Assembly (NCBI GenBank): GCA_045594145.1
Contig: JAZNYA010000147.1
Span: forward strand, 1 to 35,344
Source: Candidatus Stercoripulliclostridium sp.
Lineage (GTDB): Bacteria > Bacillota > Clostridia > Christensenellales > DTU072
Direction: 5' to 3'
Length of the DNA: 35,344 nt
Positions 8,851-17,884 of this stretch are shown here, in pieces. The notes beneath the pieces were generated by a model, which was not told where the DNA came from, searched no databases, and saw only the letters and a program-made list of their open reading frames with translations. The translations under genes were made by a program, and so were the position numbers. How positions within the stretch are numbered: position 1 is the first letter of the stretch; the number at the start of each line of letters is the position of its first letter.

Positions 8851-10018
8851 CCCCCCTTTCCGTAACTTCGGTATTTTCTATTACGGCCGTTTCCGTAGCG
8901 TTTTCCGCCACTACTTCCGCCTTAGCCGTTTTATTCTTTAATTTGACGTTGAACACCACTTTATATTGAATAAAGAACGCGCATGCGATAATAAAGAAAT
9001 ATACTAGTCCTATAATTAGGTTTGCTATACTATCGTTGGTTAGACCGAAGTCCATACGAACTTGTTCCATACCCTTTGTTACAAAGGTAACGAGTCCGCA
9101 GGTAGCTATAATCATAAGGGGATTACAATTACCTAGCCAAGTTGTCATAATTGCCGTAAAGCCCATATTTTGAGCCGTCTTTACGCCTATCGTGTGGCTC
9201 ATACCACTCGTGAGAAGAAGTCCTACCAAACCGCAAATAGCACCCGATAAAACCATAGTTCTAATAACTACCATCTTTACGTTAATGCCTATGTATCTTG
9301 CGGTATTGGGGCTATCGCCAACTACGCTTAGTTCGTATCCGTGTTTGCTATAACGAAGATATACGAAAATTATAGCAGTCATAACTACGCCGAAAAGAAT
9401 TATGAGAATATAAGGATTACCTAGCGTAGGAAGATTGCCGTATTTGATAGGTTCAAGTACGCCGGAACCACTCTTTACCCAAACTGCAAGGAAGAAGGTT
9501 ACAAGTCCCGTTGCAATATAGTTGAGCATAAGGGTTAAAAGTGATTCGTTAGTATTAAAGAAAGCTTTGCATAGAGCAGGTATAACCGCCCAAATTGCAC
9601 CCGCAAGAGCACTTGCGATAACTGCTACTAAAACGATGACGGTATCGTCAGCCTTTCCGCCCATATAGAACATGCAAGCAATGGCTGCAAGCCCGCCTAT
9701 TAGTATTTGTCCGTTACCGCCCAAGTTCCAAAACTTCATCTTGAAAGCAGGAACAAGTGCCATAGAAACGGAAAGAAGTAGTGCCATTTGTTGAAGGAAT
9801 ACCCAAATCTTTCTAGGACTACCAAAGCATCCGTCGATTAGAGATGCAAAGAAGGTGAAGGGGTCACCCTTTGATGCAAGGGAGCTTATTATTCCGCCAA
9901 GGAAAAGAGAAACGAGAATTGCAACGGCGTAAATTAGAATTTTATAGCCGATTTTTAAGTCTTCACGCTTTACTACATGGAAAAGGGGTTCACGTTTGGC
10001 TTTAATATTATTACTCAT
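8843..10018 (-). CDS. BMP-family ABC transporter permease, NupP/YufP-like
   Basis: I place the start at ATG 10018 (MSNNIKAK...), which has AAGGAGAA 7 nt upstream and an 8-nt overlap with the ATPase stop. The 33 Lys/Arg-rich codons upstream in the track ORF are the alternate frame of the ATPase acidic tail. Confidence 0.8.
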   Translation of the reverse strand: MSNNIKAKREPLFHVVKREDLKIGYKILIYAVAILVSLFLGGIISSLASKGDPFTFFASLIDGCFGSPRKIWVFLQQMALLLSVSMALVPAFKMKFWNLGGNGQILIGGLAAIACMFYMGGKADDTVIVLVAVIASALAGAIWAVIPALCKAFFNTNESLLTLMLNYIATGLVTFFLAVWVKSGSGVLEPIKYGNLPTLGNPYILIILFGVVMTAIIFVYLRYSKHGYELSVVGDSPNTARYIGINVKMVVIRTMVLSGAICGLVGLLLTSGMSHTIGVKTAQNMGFTAIMTTWLGNCNPLMIIATCGLVTFVTKGMEQVRMDFGLTNDSIANLIIGLVYFFIIACAFFIQYKVVFNVKLKNKTAKAEVVAENATETAVIENTEVTERGDE

Positions 10019-11816
10019 TTGCGTTTTCTCCTTTGCCTTCAGTTTTCTCTTTTTCTTCTTCCCACTCTTCTTCGGTAAGGTGACTGTCCTTTGCCTTACC
10101 ATAGTTCTTTTCTGCATTGATTTCGGTTAAGTCTAGAGAACCGGTCATCATAAGACCAAGTTGTTCTTTGGTAACCTTATCTGCGTGAACGATACCCATA
10201 TTCTTACCATGACAAAGAACCATAATCTTGTCGCAAAGAGCAAGCATAACGTCAAGGTCTTCACCTATGAAAAGAATGCCCGTGCCGTTTGCCTTTTGCT
10301 CGTTAAGGATGTTGTATATTGCGTAAGAAGAGTTGATGTCTAGTCCACGAACGGGATATGCGGTAATAATGACGTTAGGACCGGATTCTATTTCTCTGCC
10401 TACCAAAACCTTTTGAACGTTACCACCGGAAAGACGTCTTACGGGAGTTTCCGTTGAAGGAGTAACGATTTCTAGTTTTTCGATGAGTGCTTCGGCATTT
10501 TTTCTTGCCGTCTTTCTATCTACGAAAGGTCCCTTTTTATCGTTATAGGTCTTAAGCATCATATTATCGGTAATAGAAAAGTTGGGAGCAAGACCCATAC
10601 CAAGTCTATCTTCCGGTATAAAACTCATGGAAATACCCTTGTCGATAATAGCTTTTGCGGGTAGCCCTACTATGCTTTCGCCCTTGTGGCAAATAGCACC
10701 GTTTTCTATCTTTCTAAGACCTGCTACCGCTTCACAAAGTTCTTTTTGTCCACAGCCTGCGATACCTGCAACACCAAGTATTTCACCGCCACGAATATAG
10801 AAGCTTACGTCGTCAATCTTGTTTGCACCGTCGTCGCCTTTAATGGACAAGTTACGGATTTCCAAAAGCGGTCTATCAAAGTTGGTTTCCGTTCTTTCTA
10901 TTTTTAGGTCTATCTTCTTACCTACCATCATCTCGGTAAGTTCTTTTTCGTTGGTTTCCGCTGTGTTTACGGTACCAACGTATTCGCCTTTACGAAGAAT
11001 AGTAACCTTATCGGAAATAGCCATAACTTCATTTAGTTTATGGGTAATAATAATGATAGATTTACCATCTTCACGCATCTTCTTGAGCACGTCGAAGAGT
11101 TTGGTAATTTCTTGTGGCGTCAAAACTGCGGTAGGCTCGTCAAGGATGAGTATTTCCGCACCACGATAAAGCACTTTTATAATTTCGACAGTCTGTTTTT
11201 CGGAAACGGACATATCGTATATTTTCTTATTTAAGTCGATTTCAAAGCCATACTTGTCGGCAACTTCTTGTAGAACCTTTGCCCTATTATTTGCCAAAAA
11301 GTCAAACTTTATAAATTTTCCAACCTTAACAAAAGGAAGAGCGGCTACTTTTAGATATGTAAGAAGAGTTTCGCCTAACACCTTAAAGTCTATGGTCTTA
11401 CTCTTCTTGCCTTCCTTTTCTACTTCCTTAATTATGCTTTCGCTAGGAAGGGTTGCAAGTATCTTTTTTGCATTTTCTCTTATGGAATAGGTAGGCATTT
11501 TTTCGCCAAGCAAAATATTATCTGCCGCACTAAATACGTCAACCAACTTAAAGTGTTGGTGAATCATACCTATTTTATAATTAAATGCGTCTTGCGGTGA
11601 AGTAATATGCGTCTTTTTGCCGTCAATAAAAATTTCACCTTCATCGGGATAATATATACCCGATATCATGTTCATTAGCGTCGTTTTTCCACTGCCGTTT
11701 TCGCCTAGAAGAGAAAGAATTTCTCCTTTTTCCAAAACCAAATTGACGTTTTTGTTAGCAACGACGGAGCCGAACGTTTTTGTAATGTTTTTTAGTTCAA
11801 GAGCAACGTTGTTCAC
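10011..11816 (-). CDS. Tandem-NBD ABC transporter ATP-binding protein (NupO/RbsA-like)
   Basis: Two NBDs. NBD1 has GENGSGKTT, VSEKQTVEI and ILILDEPTA. NBD2 has LSGGNVQKV with a degenerate Walker A (GIAGCGQKE). GTG start with GGAGAA 6 nt upstream. Long acidic C-terminal tail. Confidence 0.9.
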   Translation of the reverse strand: MNNVALELKNITKTFGSVVANKNVNLVLEKGEILSLLGENGSGKTTLMNMISGIYYPDEGEIFIDGKKTHITSPQDAFNYKIGMIHQHFKLVDVFSAADNILLGEKMPTYSIRENAKKILATLPSESIIKEVEKEGKKSKTIDFKVLGETLLTYLKVAALPFVKVGKFIKFDFLANNRAKVLQEVADKYGFEIDLNKKIYDMSVSEKQTVEIIKVLYRGAEILILDEPTAVLTPQEITKLFDVLKKMREDGKSIIIITHKLNEVMAISDKVTILRKGEYVGTVNTAETNEKELTEMMVGKKIDLKIERTETNFDRPLLEIRNLSIKGDDGANKIDDVSFYIRGGEILGVAGIAGCGQKELCEAVAGLRKIENGAICHKGESIVGLPAKAIIDKGISMSFIPEDRLGMGLAPNFSITDNMMLKTYNDKKGPFVDRKTARKNAEALIEKLEIVTPSTETPVRRLSGGNVQKVLVGREIESGPNVIITAYPVRGLDINSSYAIYNILNEQKANGTGILFIGEDLDVMLALCDKIMVLCHGKNMGIVHADKVTKEQLGLMMTGSLDLTEINAEKNYGKAKDSHLTEEEWEEEKEKTEGKGENANE

Positions 11817-11855
11817 AATAGTTTCTCCATTAGTATAAAAGCGTATTAACTTATA

Positions 11856-11880
11856 GGGCGGAGTGTTTAACGCTCCGCCC
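11856..11880 (-). other. Intra-operon GC-rich stem-loop after the SBP gene
   Basis: GGGCGGAG-N9-CTCCGCCC perfect 8-bp stem, 36 nt downstream of the SBP stop. There is no clear T-run, so it is more likely an mRNA stabiliser or partial attenuator than a full terminator. Confidence 0.4.
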
Positions 11881-11915
11881 GTTCATAAGTTTTAATTAAG
11901 TTTCTTTTGCTTCAA

Positions 11916-13157
11916 TTATGCAATGATGGTGATACCATCGATGATGATATCGAAGTAAGGAGCAGAACGCTTGGAAGATTCGGTGAAGATACCGTTTTCG
12001 ACAGCGTTGGTTTCGCCTGCGAAGTCGCCTAGGTCGATGATGTCTGCATTGTAAGCAACGAGCTTGCCGTTAGCATCCATGGTGATGTTGCCATAGGTGT
12101 CGTTTGCCTTAGCATTTCTTACGGTGAAGTTAGCGGTATCGAATACCTTGAGGGTTCCACCCATAAGTTGTGCTTTAACTGCATCCAATTTAGCTTGGGT
12201 GCCTTCTGCTGCAGCTTGACCAAGAGCGGTAATTTGAACGGAACCGGTTGCAAGAGTGCCGGTGTAATCTTTAACGATTTCCTTATTGTTCATAACGCAA
12301 TCAAGCATATATTCAAAGTAGGGTTGCCAGTTAATCTTGGAAGCGATAACGAAGGTGCTTTCGGAAGAAACGCCGTTGTAGAATACGTTGGGAACGTTAG
12401 CTTCTTTACATGCGGTAGGAACGCCCATAGAGTCAGCGTGACCGGAAACTAGTTTTGCGCCTTCAGCGATTAGAGATTCAGCAGCACTCTTTTCGCCAGC
12501 TTCATCATACCAAGAGTTGGTGTACTTAACTTTCATAGTTACGTTAGGAACGATGCTCTTAACGCCAAGATAGAAAGAAGTGTAACCGGAAATAACTTCT
12601 GCATAGGGCCATGCACCTACGTAACCGATGGTTGCTTCTGCATCGGTGATATCTTCGCCGTACATTTCAATAAGTTTTAGACCTGCAGCAACGCCAGCAA
12701 GGTATCTACCTTCATAGATAGATGCGAAAGCATTGTGGAAGTTTGCGGGGGTATCGTTGGATGCGTCTTGGTCAAGAGACAAGCTTGCACCGGTACCGGT
12801 TGCGTGGCAGAATTGAACGTCAGAGAATTCTTTTGCTGCCTTAATCATATTTGCTTGGTGACCGAAAGAGTCAGCAAATACTACTTTGTAGCCTGCATCA
12901 GCAAATTGTGCGGCTTTTTCATAGCAGTCGTTACCTTCTTCGGGAATATCAACTACGATGGTGTATTGGTCTTCGGTAAGACCTTTTGCTTCACAAGCAG
13001 CCTTGAATGCGTCGATGAAGTTCTTGTCATAAGAAGAATTGTCACCGTGCAAGCAAATAAGAGCGGCTACAGGTTCTGCCTTGTTACATGCTACCAAGCT
13101 TACGCAAAGAGCTGCAACCATTGCTACGCAAAGAACGATAGCTAAAACTTTTTTCAT
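11916..13157 (-). CDS. BMP-family ABC transporter substrate-binding lipoprotein (PnrA/NupN/Med-like)
   Basis: Lipobox (SLVAC). BMP-type pattern (GYVGAWPYAEVISGYTSFYLG...YTNSWYD...AESLIAEGAKLVSGHADS). GGAGGAA RBS. Confidence 0.85.
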   Translation of the reverse strand: MKKVLAIVLCVAMVAALCVSLVACNKAEPVAALICLHGDNSSYDKNFIDAFKAACEAKGLTEDQYTIVVDIPEEGNDCYEKAAQFADAGYKVVFADSFGHQANMIKAAKEFSDVQFCHATGTGASLSLDQDASNDTPANFHNAFASIYEGRYLAGVAAGLKLIEMYGEDITDAEATIGYVGAWPYAEVISGYTSFYLGVKSIVPNVTMKVKYTNSWYDEAGEKSAAESLIAEGAKLVSGHADSMGVPTACKEANVPNVFYNGVSSESTFVIASKINWQPYFEYMLDCVMNNKEIVKDYTGTLATGSVQITALGQAAAEGTQAKLDAVKAQLMGGTLKVFDTANFTVRNAKANDTYGNITMDANGKLVAYNADIIDLGDFAGETNAVENGIFTESSKRSAPYFDIIIDGITIIA

Positions 13158-13196
13158 GTGTTTCCTCCATTTTTTTGCCGTTAGGCGTTTTTTATT

Positions 13197-13249
13197 ATGT
13201 ATTTTTAAAATACATATTTATTTTAGTCTTTTTCTCTTCGCAGTGTCAA
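13197..13249 (-). promoter_or_regulatory. Promoter of the BMP ABC operon with a TSS-overlapping 19-bp palindrome
   Basis: Minus-strand TTGACA (13244-13249), 18-nt spacer, TAAAAT (13220-13225). A perfect inverted repeat ATGTATTTT-t-AAAATACAT (13197-13215) starts about 5 nt downstream of the -10. Confidence 0.5.
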
Positions 13250-13387
13250 ACGATTTAACCCCTTAATCTCAACCTTCCAAAATTTTTCATACGCACCCAA
13301 AAATATATTTTCTGTAATTTTTTGCTCTCTATTCCAAAATGCAAAAACTTGTGCTACAATATATCCATCTCAACCAGGTAGGCAAAC

Positions 13388-14356
13388 ATGAAAAAACTCA
13401 TTCTCGTTCTAATCGTAGCCGTATTCCTTGCAACGTCCGTCGCTCTTGTCGGCATCAATCTTTTGCCGGGTGAAGACGTCATAACTCCGCCCGAAAATAT
13501 TTGGACGTATAATCAATATAAAGCTAATACGCACACGCATACAACGAGAAGTTTGGATAGTAGCACCTTTCCGCAAGATAGAGTTTATGAATATCAAGAC
13601 CGTGGCTACGATATCCTTGCATTATCCGACCATTACTTAGGACTTCGCTCCTTCGAAGATGCCGGAATAACGGATTACACCCTTACTCCCATCTGCTCTA
13701 ATGAAGCCGAAGGCGTTATGGCTCATATAAATATTTATTATACCTTTATAGAGTTTGCATTGGATACTCCGGAAAACATATTAAATATGGTAACGGAAGG
13801 CGGTGGCATAGCCGTCCTTAACCACCCCGCAAAATACGACGGCGTAACCAACGAGCAAAGAATAAAATGGTACACGGATTATCCTTGCTTGGTCGCAATG
13901 GAAATCGTCAATCGTAACGATAGATATAAATATGATAGAGAAATATGGGATGCTTGCTTAACCGCACTCATGCCTTCAAGAAATATCTATTGTGTTGCGG
14001 CCGACGACACCCACGATGCAGACGATATAGGCTGGAGTTATACGATGTTTCTTGCTCCGGATAGGTCGGAAGAAAGCATAGAACACGCTTTTAGAAACGG
14101 ACACTACTATGCCGTAACCAACGCAATAGTACAAAACGCAGAAGGTCCCGAACCCAGAATCACTTGCGTAAGCGAAAACGAAGACGGTTCCTTTACCGTT
14201 TCCGGCGAAAACTATGAAACTATAAGATGGATTTCTTGCGGAGAAATCGTGGGTGAAGGAGCAACCTTTAATCCTATAAATTGTAGCAAATACGTGCGTT
14301 TTGAACTTGAAGGTAAGGGCGGTATTGCGTTTGGTCAGCCCATACCACTTTATTAA
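13388..14356 (+). CDS. PHP-domain (polymerase/histidinol-phosphatase-type) metal-dependent phosphoesterase with N-terminal membrane anchor
   Basis: N-terminal hydrophobic helix (LILVLIVAVFLATSVALVGI). PHP metal-ligand motifs appear in order: NTHTHT (HxH), LSDHY, LNHP, AADDTHD (DxH). Confidence 0.6.
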   Translation: MKKLILVLIVAVFLATSVALVGINLLPGEDVITPPENIWTYNQYKANTHTHTTRSLDSSTFPQDRVYEYQDRGYDILALSDHYLGLRSFEDAGITDYTLTPICSNEAEGVMAHINIYYTFIEFALDTPENILNMVTEGGGIAVLNHPAKYDGVTNEQRIKWYTDYPCLVAMEIVNRNDRYKYDREIWDACLTALMPSRNIYCVAADDTHDADDIGWSYTMFLAPDRSEESIEHAFRNGHYYAVTNAIVQNAEGPEPRITCVSENEDGSFTVSGENYETIRWISCGEIVGEGATFNPINCSKYVRFELEGKGGIAFGQPIPLY

Positions 14357-14383
14357 AAACTTCCATTTTTAGTCTAAGAACAG

Positions 14384-14409
14384 AAAAAACGCCAAAATTG
14401 GCGTTTTTT
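14384..14409. terminator. Bidirectional terminator between convergent genes
   Basis: AAAAAACGCCAA-aa-TTGGCGTTTTTT palindrome with flanking A and T runs. Confidence 0.6.
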
Positions 14410-14532
14410 CATAAAGAAGGAGGAGATTGGATGAAAAAGTATACTTGACTTTCGTCTCGTATATTTATTTTGTACCTATATTATGTTGCCCCTTCCTTAA
14501 ATCGTCATTAAAATACCCTTTTCTTTTTTGAA

Positions 14533-15456
14533 TTATATGTGTTTTTTGTGTTTTCCAAAAGGAAGTATAACAGGATGCTCAAAAATACCCTTTTGATAAT
14601 TTCTGCCATTTGGTGCGTGTATTAATATCTTTTTCTTTCCGTCCAAAGTATTAAACACCATGCCGTGTCCGCCATCATTGTCGTAAATGAGTTCGTCTTG
14701 AACCCACTCGTCGAACAGTCCGCCCTTGCTGGACGCAGAAAGCAACATATACGCCTTCTTTCCGCCTACCGTTGACCACAACATCTTTAACGTTTCTCCG
14801 TCTTTATATAGGAACGGACCATCCGTGATTTTATTTGGATTTATTCTTGGATAAAAAACATTCGCACTTGCCTTAAAGAGTAGTTTATCCGTGCTAACGT
14901 CTATTCCGCTTCCGTCGTTAAGGAGTTTTACTGCTCTTACGTGTCCGTCTTTTGCTTCCACCCACTCGTAGCAATATACAACATACTTCTCTCCGTTTTC
15001 TTCATACAACGTGCCGTCCAAAGAGAACATATCTTCCGGCGTCACTCTTGCGATAAACTCGTATTTTCCGTCCACTTCTTTGCTCTTAAAAAGATACGTT
15101 CCACGCTTTTTGCCCTTTGGCTCTAGTGTTACAAATAGCCAGTATTCGCCGTCTACTTCATGTATTTCGGGAGCCCAAAAGCAAGAATATTCGCTTAGCC
15201 CATCTTCTCTATCAACAATCAACACAGGGCCTTCCCAGGTCTTTAAATCCTTGCTCTTATAAAGCGGAACGCCATATCCATCGGAAATGTTTTCATGCGA
15301 AATCGTACCTGTCAAATAATAGGTATCCCCTTTCGTAATTATATATGGGTCTCTCAAATGCAGTTCTTCCAGCATATAATCTTCGCCGTAAGGAATAGGC
15401 CATGGGGGTGCAACTTTTTTGTTTCCTTTAACCTTTAAAAAATCTAATATGCTCAT
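14533..15456 (-). CDS. Glycoside hydrolase family 43 (beta-xylosidase/alpha-L-arabinofuranosidase-like)
   Basis: GH43 five-bladed propeller motifs are present: LRDPYIITKGDTYYLTGT (catalytic Asp region), FWAPEIHEVDGEYWLF, and ITDGPFLYKDG (second acidic residue). Confidence 0.85.
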   Translation of the reverse strand: MSILDFLKVKGNKKVAPPWPIPYGEDYMLEELHLRDPYIITKGDTYYLTGTISHENISDGYGVPLYKSKDLKTWEGPVLIVDREDGLSEYSCFWAPEIHEVDGEYWLFVTLEPKGKKRGTYLFKSKEVDGKYEFIARVTPEDMFSLDGTLYEENGEKYVVYCYEWVEAKDGHVRAVKLLNDGSGIDVSTDKLLFKASANVFYPRINPNKITDGPFLYKDGETLKMLWSTVGGKKAYMLLSASSKGGLFDEWVQDELIYDNDGGHGMVFNTLDGKKKILIHAPNGRNYQKGIFEHPVILPFGKHKKHI

Positions 15457-15458
15457 AT

Positions 15459-16436
15459 TTATTCGTACGTATCCAGTGCTGATTGTAGTCTTTCTTTAAC
15501 CTTATTCGCTACGTCTTTGGGTGCTACTACCCTAAGGGTTCCGCCAAATCCCATAACCCAAGCTATAAAGGTAGGTGATATTTGTGCTTCCACTTCAAAA
15601 ACAAGCTTCCCGCCTATTTCTTTTAGTTTTACGTCGTCTCCGAACTTATCGAAAACTCCATCAACTGCCGTTTTGTCCACTTCCAAAACTACCTTCTTAG
15701 GAGCTCCAACGTACATGCCGAAAAGTTGCTTTTTATGTTTCTTTATATCAAAGTTCCTGCTTTCCTTCGTTTCCTTAATTGGCTCGTTTATCATCCTAAG
15801 GCTTTCCATGCGGTCTATGCGATAATGTATTATGTTGCCGTGCTTATCGTCATAGCACATCAAATAATATTTGTCGTCACAGAAAACCGTTGCCAGCGGA
15901 TTGACCACGTATGGCTTGTTCTTATGTTGATAAACCTTTTCCCCTTTTTCATTATATTTAAAATAATAAAATGAAATTTGTTTTTGTTTTTCTAGGGCAA
16001 GAGCTATTTCGTTTATAGTATAGAACACCTTTTCGTTGGACGATTTGACAGTGTTAAATGCGACTATATTTCTCTTTAGCACTTCGCCTTTTTTAGCTCC
16101 GGCAAGACCTGCTATCTTTTTGACGAGTTGCTCGCTCTTTTTCTCCGATATAAACTTGGAAGCAAGCACGGCATCCATTAAAATTTGGAGTTCCGGGACG
16201 TCAAACGTTCTCTCCATTACGTAGTATTCGTTGCTCGTGGAGCGATTTACGCACACTTCATATCCGTTGGCGTTCAAAATCTTGACGTCTTCATATAGCG
16301 TCTTACGGTGGCAGGGAATTCCTTCTTCGCCCAGTCGCCTGATGATTTCTTCCGTCTTTAACGGATTTTCTTCATCGGACTCTCTATTAAGGATTTCCCA
16401 AATTTTTAGTATTCTTATTTTGTTCTTTTCATCCAT
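15459..16436 (-). CDS. WYL-domain transcriptional regulator (wHTH-WYL-WCX architecture)
   Basis: N-terminal wHTH (IRILKIWEILN...LKTEEIIRRLGEEGIPCHRKTLYEDVKIL). Central WYL-like beta segment (YVVNPLATVFCDDKYYLMCYDDKHGNIIHYRIDRM). C-terminal extension. The ATG abuts the upstream stop (TAAATG). Confidence 0.8.
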   Translation of the reverse strand: MDEKNKIRILKIWEILNRESDEENPLKTEEIIRRLGEEGIPCHRKTLYEDVKILNANGYEVCVNRSTSNEYYVMERTFDVPELQILMDAVLASKFISEKKSEQLVKKIAGLAGAKKGEVLKRNIVAFNTVKSSNEKVFYTINEIALALEKQKQISFYYFKYNEKGEKVYQHKNKPYVVNPLATVFCDDKYYLMCYDDKHGNIIHYRIDRMESLRMINEPIKETKESRNFDIKKHKKQLFGMYVGAPKKVVLEVDKTAVDGVFDKFGDDVKLKEIGGKLVFEVEAQISPTFIAWVMGFGGTLRVVAPKDVANKVKERLQSALDTYE

Positions 16437-17738
16437 TTATGCAAACACCTTTTGTAGCTTTGCCATCCACTTAGCTATCTTCTTTTCATCATATTCAGTG
16501 GGTATTTTCTTAGCGGTATTCATAGCTCCTACACCCTTGAGCAATGCCCCGACAACGCTTAGAACGAACGGGAGTTTCTTTACCGCAAGGCGTAATTTTT
16601 TGCATACGTCTTTTGCCGTCATCTTTCCGCCTTCGCCACCGGTTAGCATCTTAATATCATCTTCGGTTATGAATCCGGACTCTATAACATACTTGATATC
16701 GTCGTTATCCGCAACGAGTATTTTACGCTTCATGCAATCCACTAAGAAATGTTCGCTTGCTACCTTTTGATAATATTTTACTTGATATTTCCACAAGGTT
16801 TCCACTCCTACGGACGACTCTGCATTTATGGTTTCGCCCAGCATTTGTCCCGCTCTTAGTGAGCAAGCAATTCCCGAGCCTATTAGCGGTATGGTCATAA
16901 ACGCTGCATCACCAATTGCAACGTAGCCTTCTCCCACCATTTTGAGCAAAGGATAACGAATAGGAATTCTTGCCCTTCTGCCACCATAAACGATATCGTC
17001 ACCGATTATTGGATGCAATTCCTTTAGTTTAGCAATAGATGAATCTATCTCTTCTTGCGGTAGGCTTCCTATTCTTCCTATTAGTACGTTTTCCGTACCA
17101 TCCGGCTCGCATACTACCCAACTTATACCAAGAGCTCCTTCCGGCTTCAAATAGACCAAGCGACGATATTTTTCGGGTTCGGGTTCGCCTTCTCTCTTGT
17201 TAAAGTGTGCACGATAAACGTTAAAAGCTTCATCGGGATTTGCGGATTTTATGATACCCATACTCTCTGGTAAAGATGCCCTAAACTTAGAATCCATACC
17301 GGAGCAGTCTATAACCAAATCGGCATAAACGTTCTCTCCGCAAGCGACTACGCCCTTGACTTTTTCGTCTTCTATGATAAGTCTTTCAACGCTGGTTTCA
17401 TAAATTATTTTTGCTCCCTTTTCTTCTGCCCTAGTTGCAAGCATATCGCCAAAAGTGTGACGATATACGCCCCACTCCATCTTGTCTTCATCTTGATATA
17501 TGAACAAGGGCTTATCGCTAAACGGTGCCAAAAAAGATACGTTTTGCACTCTATGGCTGTCGCCGGGAATGAGAACTTCGAGTTCATCAAACACGTTATA
17601 CTCAACGTCGTCACGCCAGTCGTAACTTATCTTACCTTTGCACGAACGCTCGTAAACCGTAACGTCATGCCCGCCTTCTGCTAGCACTTTTGCCGATTGC
17701 AATCCGCCTATGCCGGCACCTATAACAACTATTTTCAT
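16437..17738 (-). CDS. FAD-dependent oxidoreductase, geranylgeranyl-reductase-like
   Basis: Rossmann dinucleotide motif KIVVIGAGIGGLQSAKVLAEGGHDVTVYER. GDAAFMTIPLIGSGIACSLRAG matches the GDAA..P..G.G FAD motif of the GGR/FixC family. Confidence 0.8.
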   Translation of the reverse strand: MKIVVIGAGIGGLQSAKVLAEGGHDVTVYERSCKGKISYDWRDDVEYNVFDELEVLIPGDSHRVQNVSFLAPFSDKPLFIYQDEDKMEWGVYRHTFGDMLATRAEEKGAKIIYETSVERLIIEDEKVKGVVACGENVYADLVIDCSGMDSKFRASLPESMGIIKSANPDEAFNVYRAHFNKREGEPEPEKYRRLVYLKPEGALGISWVVCEPDGTENVLIGRIGSLPQEEIDSSIAKLKELHPIIGDDIVYGGRRARIPIRYPLLKMVGEGYVAIGDAAFMTIPLIGSGIACSLRAGQMLGETINAESSVGVETLWKYQVKYYQKVASEHFLVDCMKRKILVADNDDIKYVIESGFITEDDIKMLTGGEGGKMTAKDVCKKLRLAVKKLPFVLSVVGALLKGVGAMNTAKKIPTEYDEKKIAKWMAKLQKVFA

Positions 17739-17772
17739 TTTCGTTCTCCCTTTTGAAAATTTGTTCGTTATT

Positions 17773-17801
17773 ATTATATAATAACTCCGCCCGTTTGTAA
17801 A
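17773..17801 (-). promoter_or_regulatory. Promoter of the oxidoreductase-WYL-GH43 unit
   Basis: Minus-strand TTTACA (17796-17801), 17-nt spacer, TATAAT (17773-17778). AAGGGAGAA RBS before the ATG at 17738. Confidence 0.5.
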
Positions 17802-17884
17802 TAGGGGTTGTCCCCGTTTTTTGCCAACTCATAAAAACACAATTGCATCTACCCAAATGAAATAATCTATGCTATAATGATTTC

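Noticed and set aside
10019-10117. Lys/Arg-rich 33-codon N-terminal extension of the permease ORF (MQKRTMVRQRTVTLPKKSGKKKKRK...).
   Set aside because: - It is the alternate reading frame of the ATPase acidic C-terminal tail.
- The internal ATG at 10018 has a strong AAGGAGAA RBS and the usual ATG/stop overlap.
14431-14448. Mini-ORF MKKYT* with a very strong Shine-Dalgarno (GAAGGAGGAG) in the convergent intergenic region.
   Set aside because: - It is only 5 codons long.
- It lies downstream of a bidirectional terminator and has no gene after it on that strand.
- It is most simply a relic of a lost gene start, and I cannot support a leader-peptide role.
16231-16770. 179-aa plus-strand ORF. Similar long antisense ORFs occur at 1362..1652, 10819..11169, 12735..13145, 20898..21266, 24557..24970, 28737..29093, 29398..29841 and 30033..30410.
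   Set aside because: - All are fully embedded opposite minus-strand genes that carry clear family motifs.
- Their translations are low-complexity and rich in S/L/F/I, typical of shadow frames in AT-rich DNA.
- None has a convincing RBS or promoter.
17804-17822. GGGG-ttgt-CCCC hairpin plus T-run on the plus strand, between divergent promoters.
   Set aside because: - The stem is only 4 bp.
- There is no upstream plus-strand gene to terminate.
- It may be fortuitous or a weak insulator.
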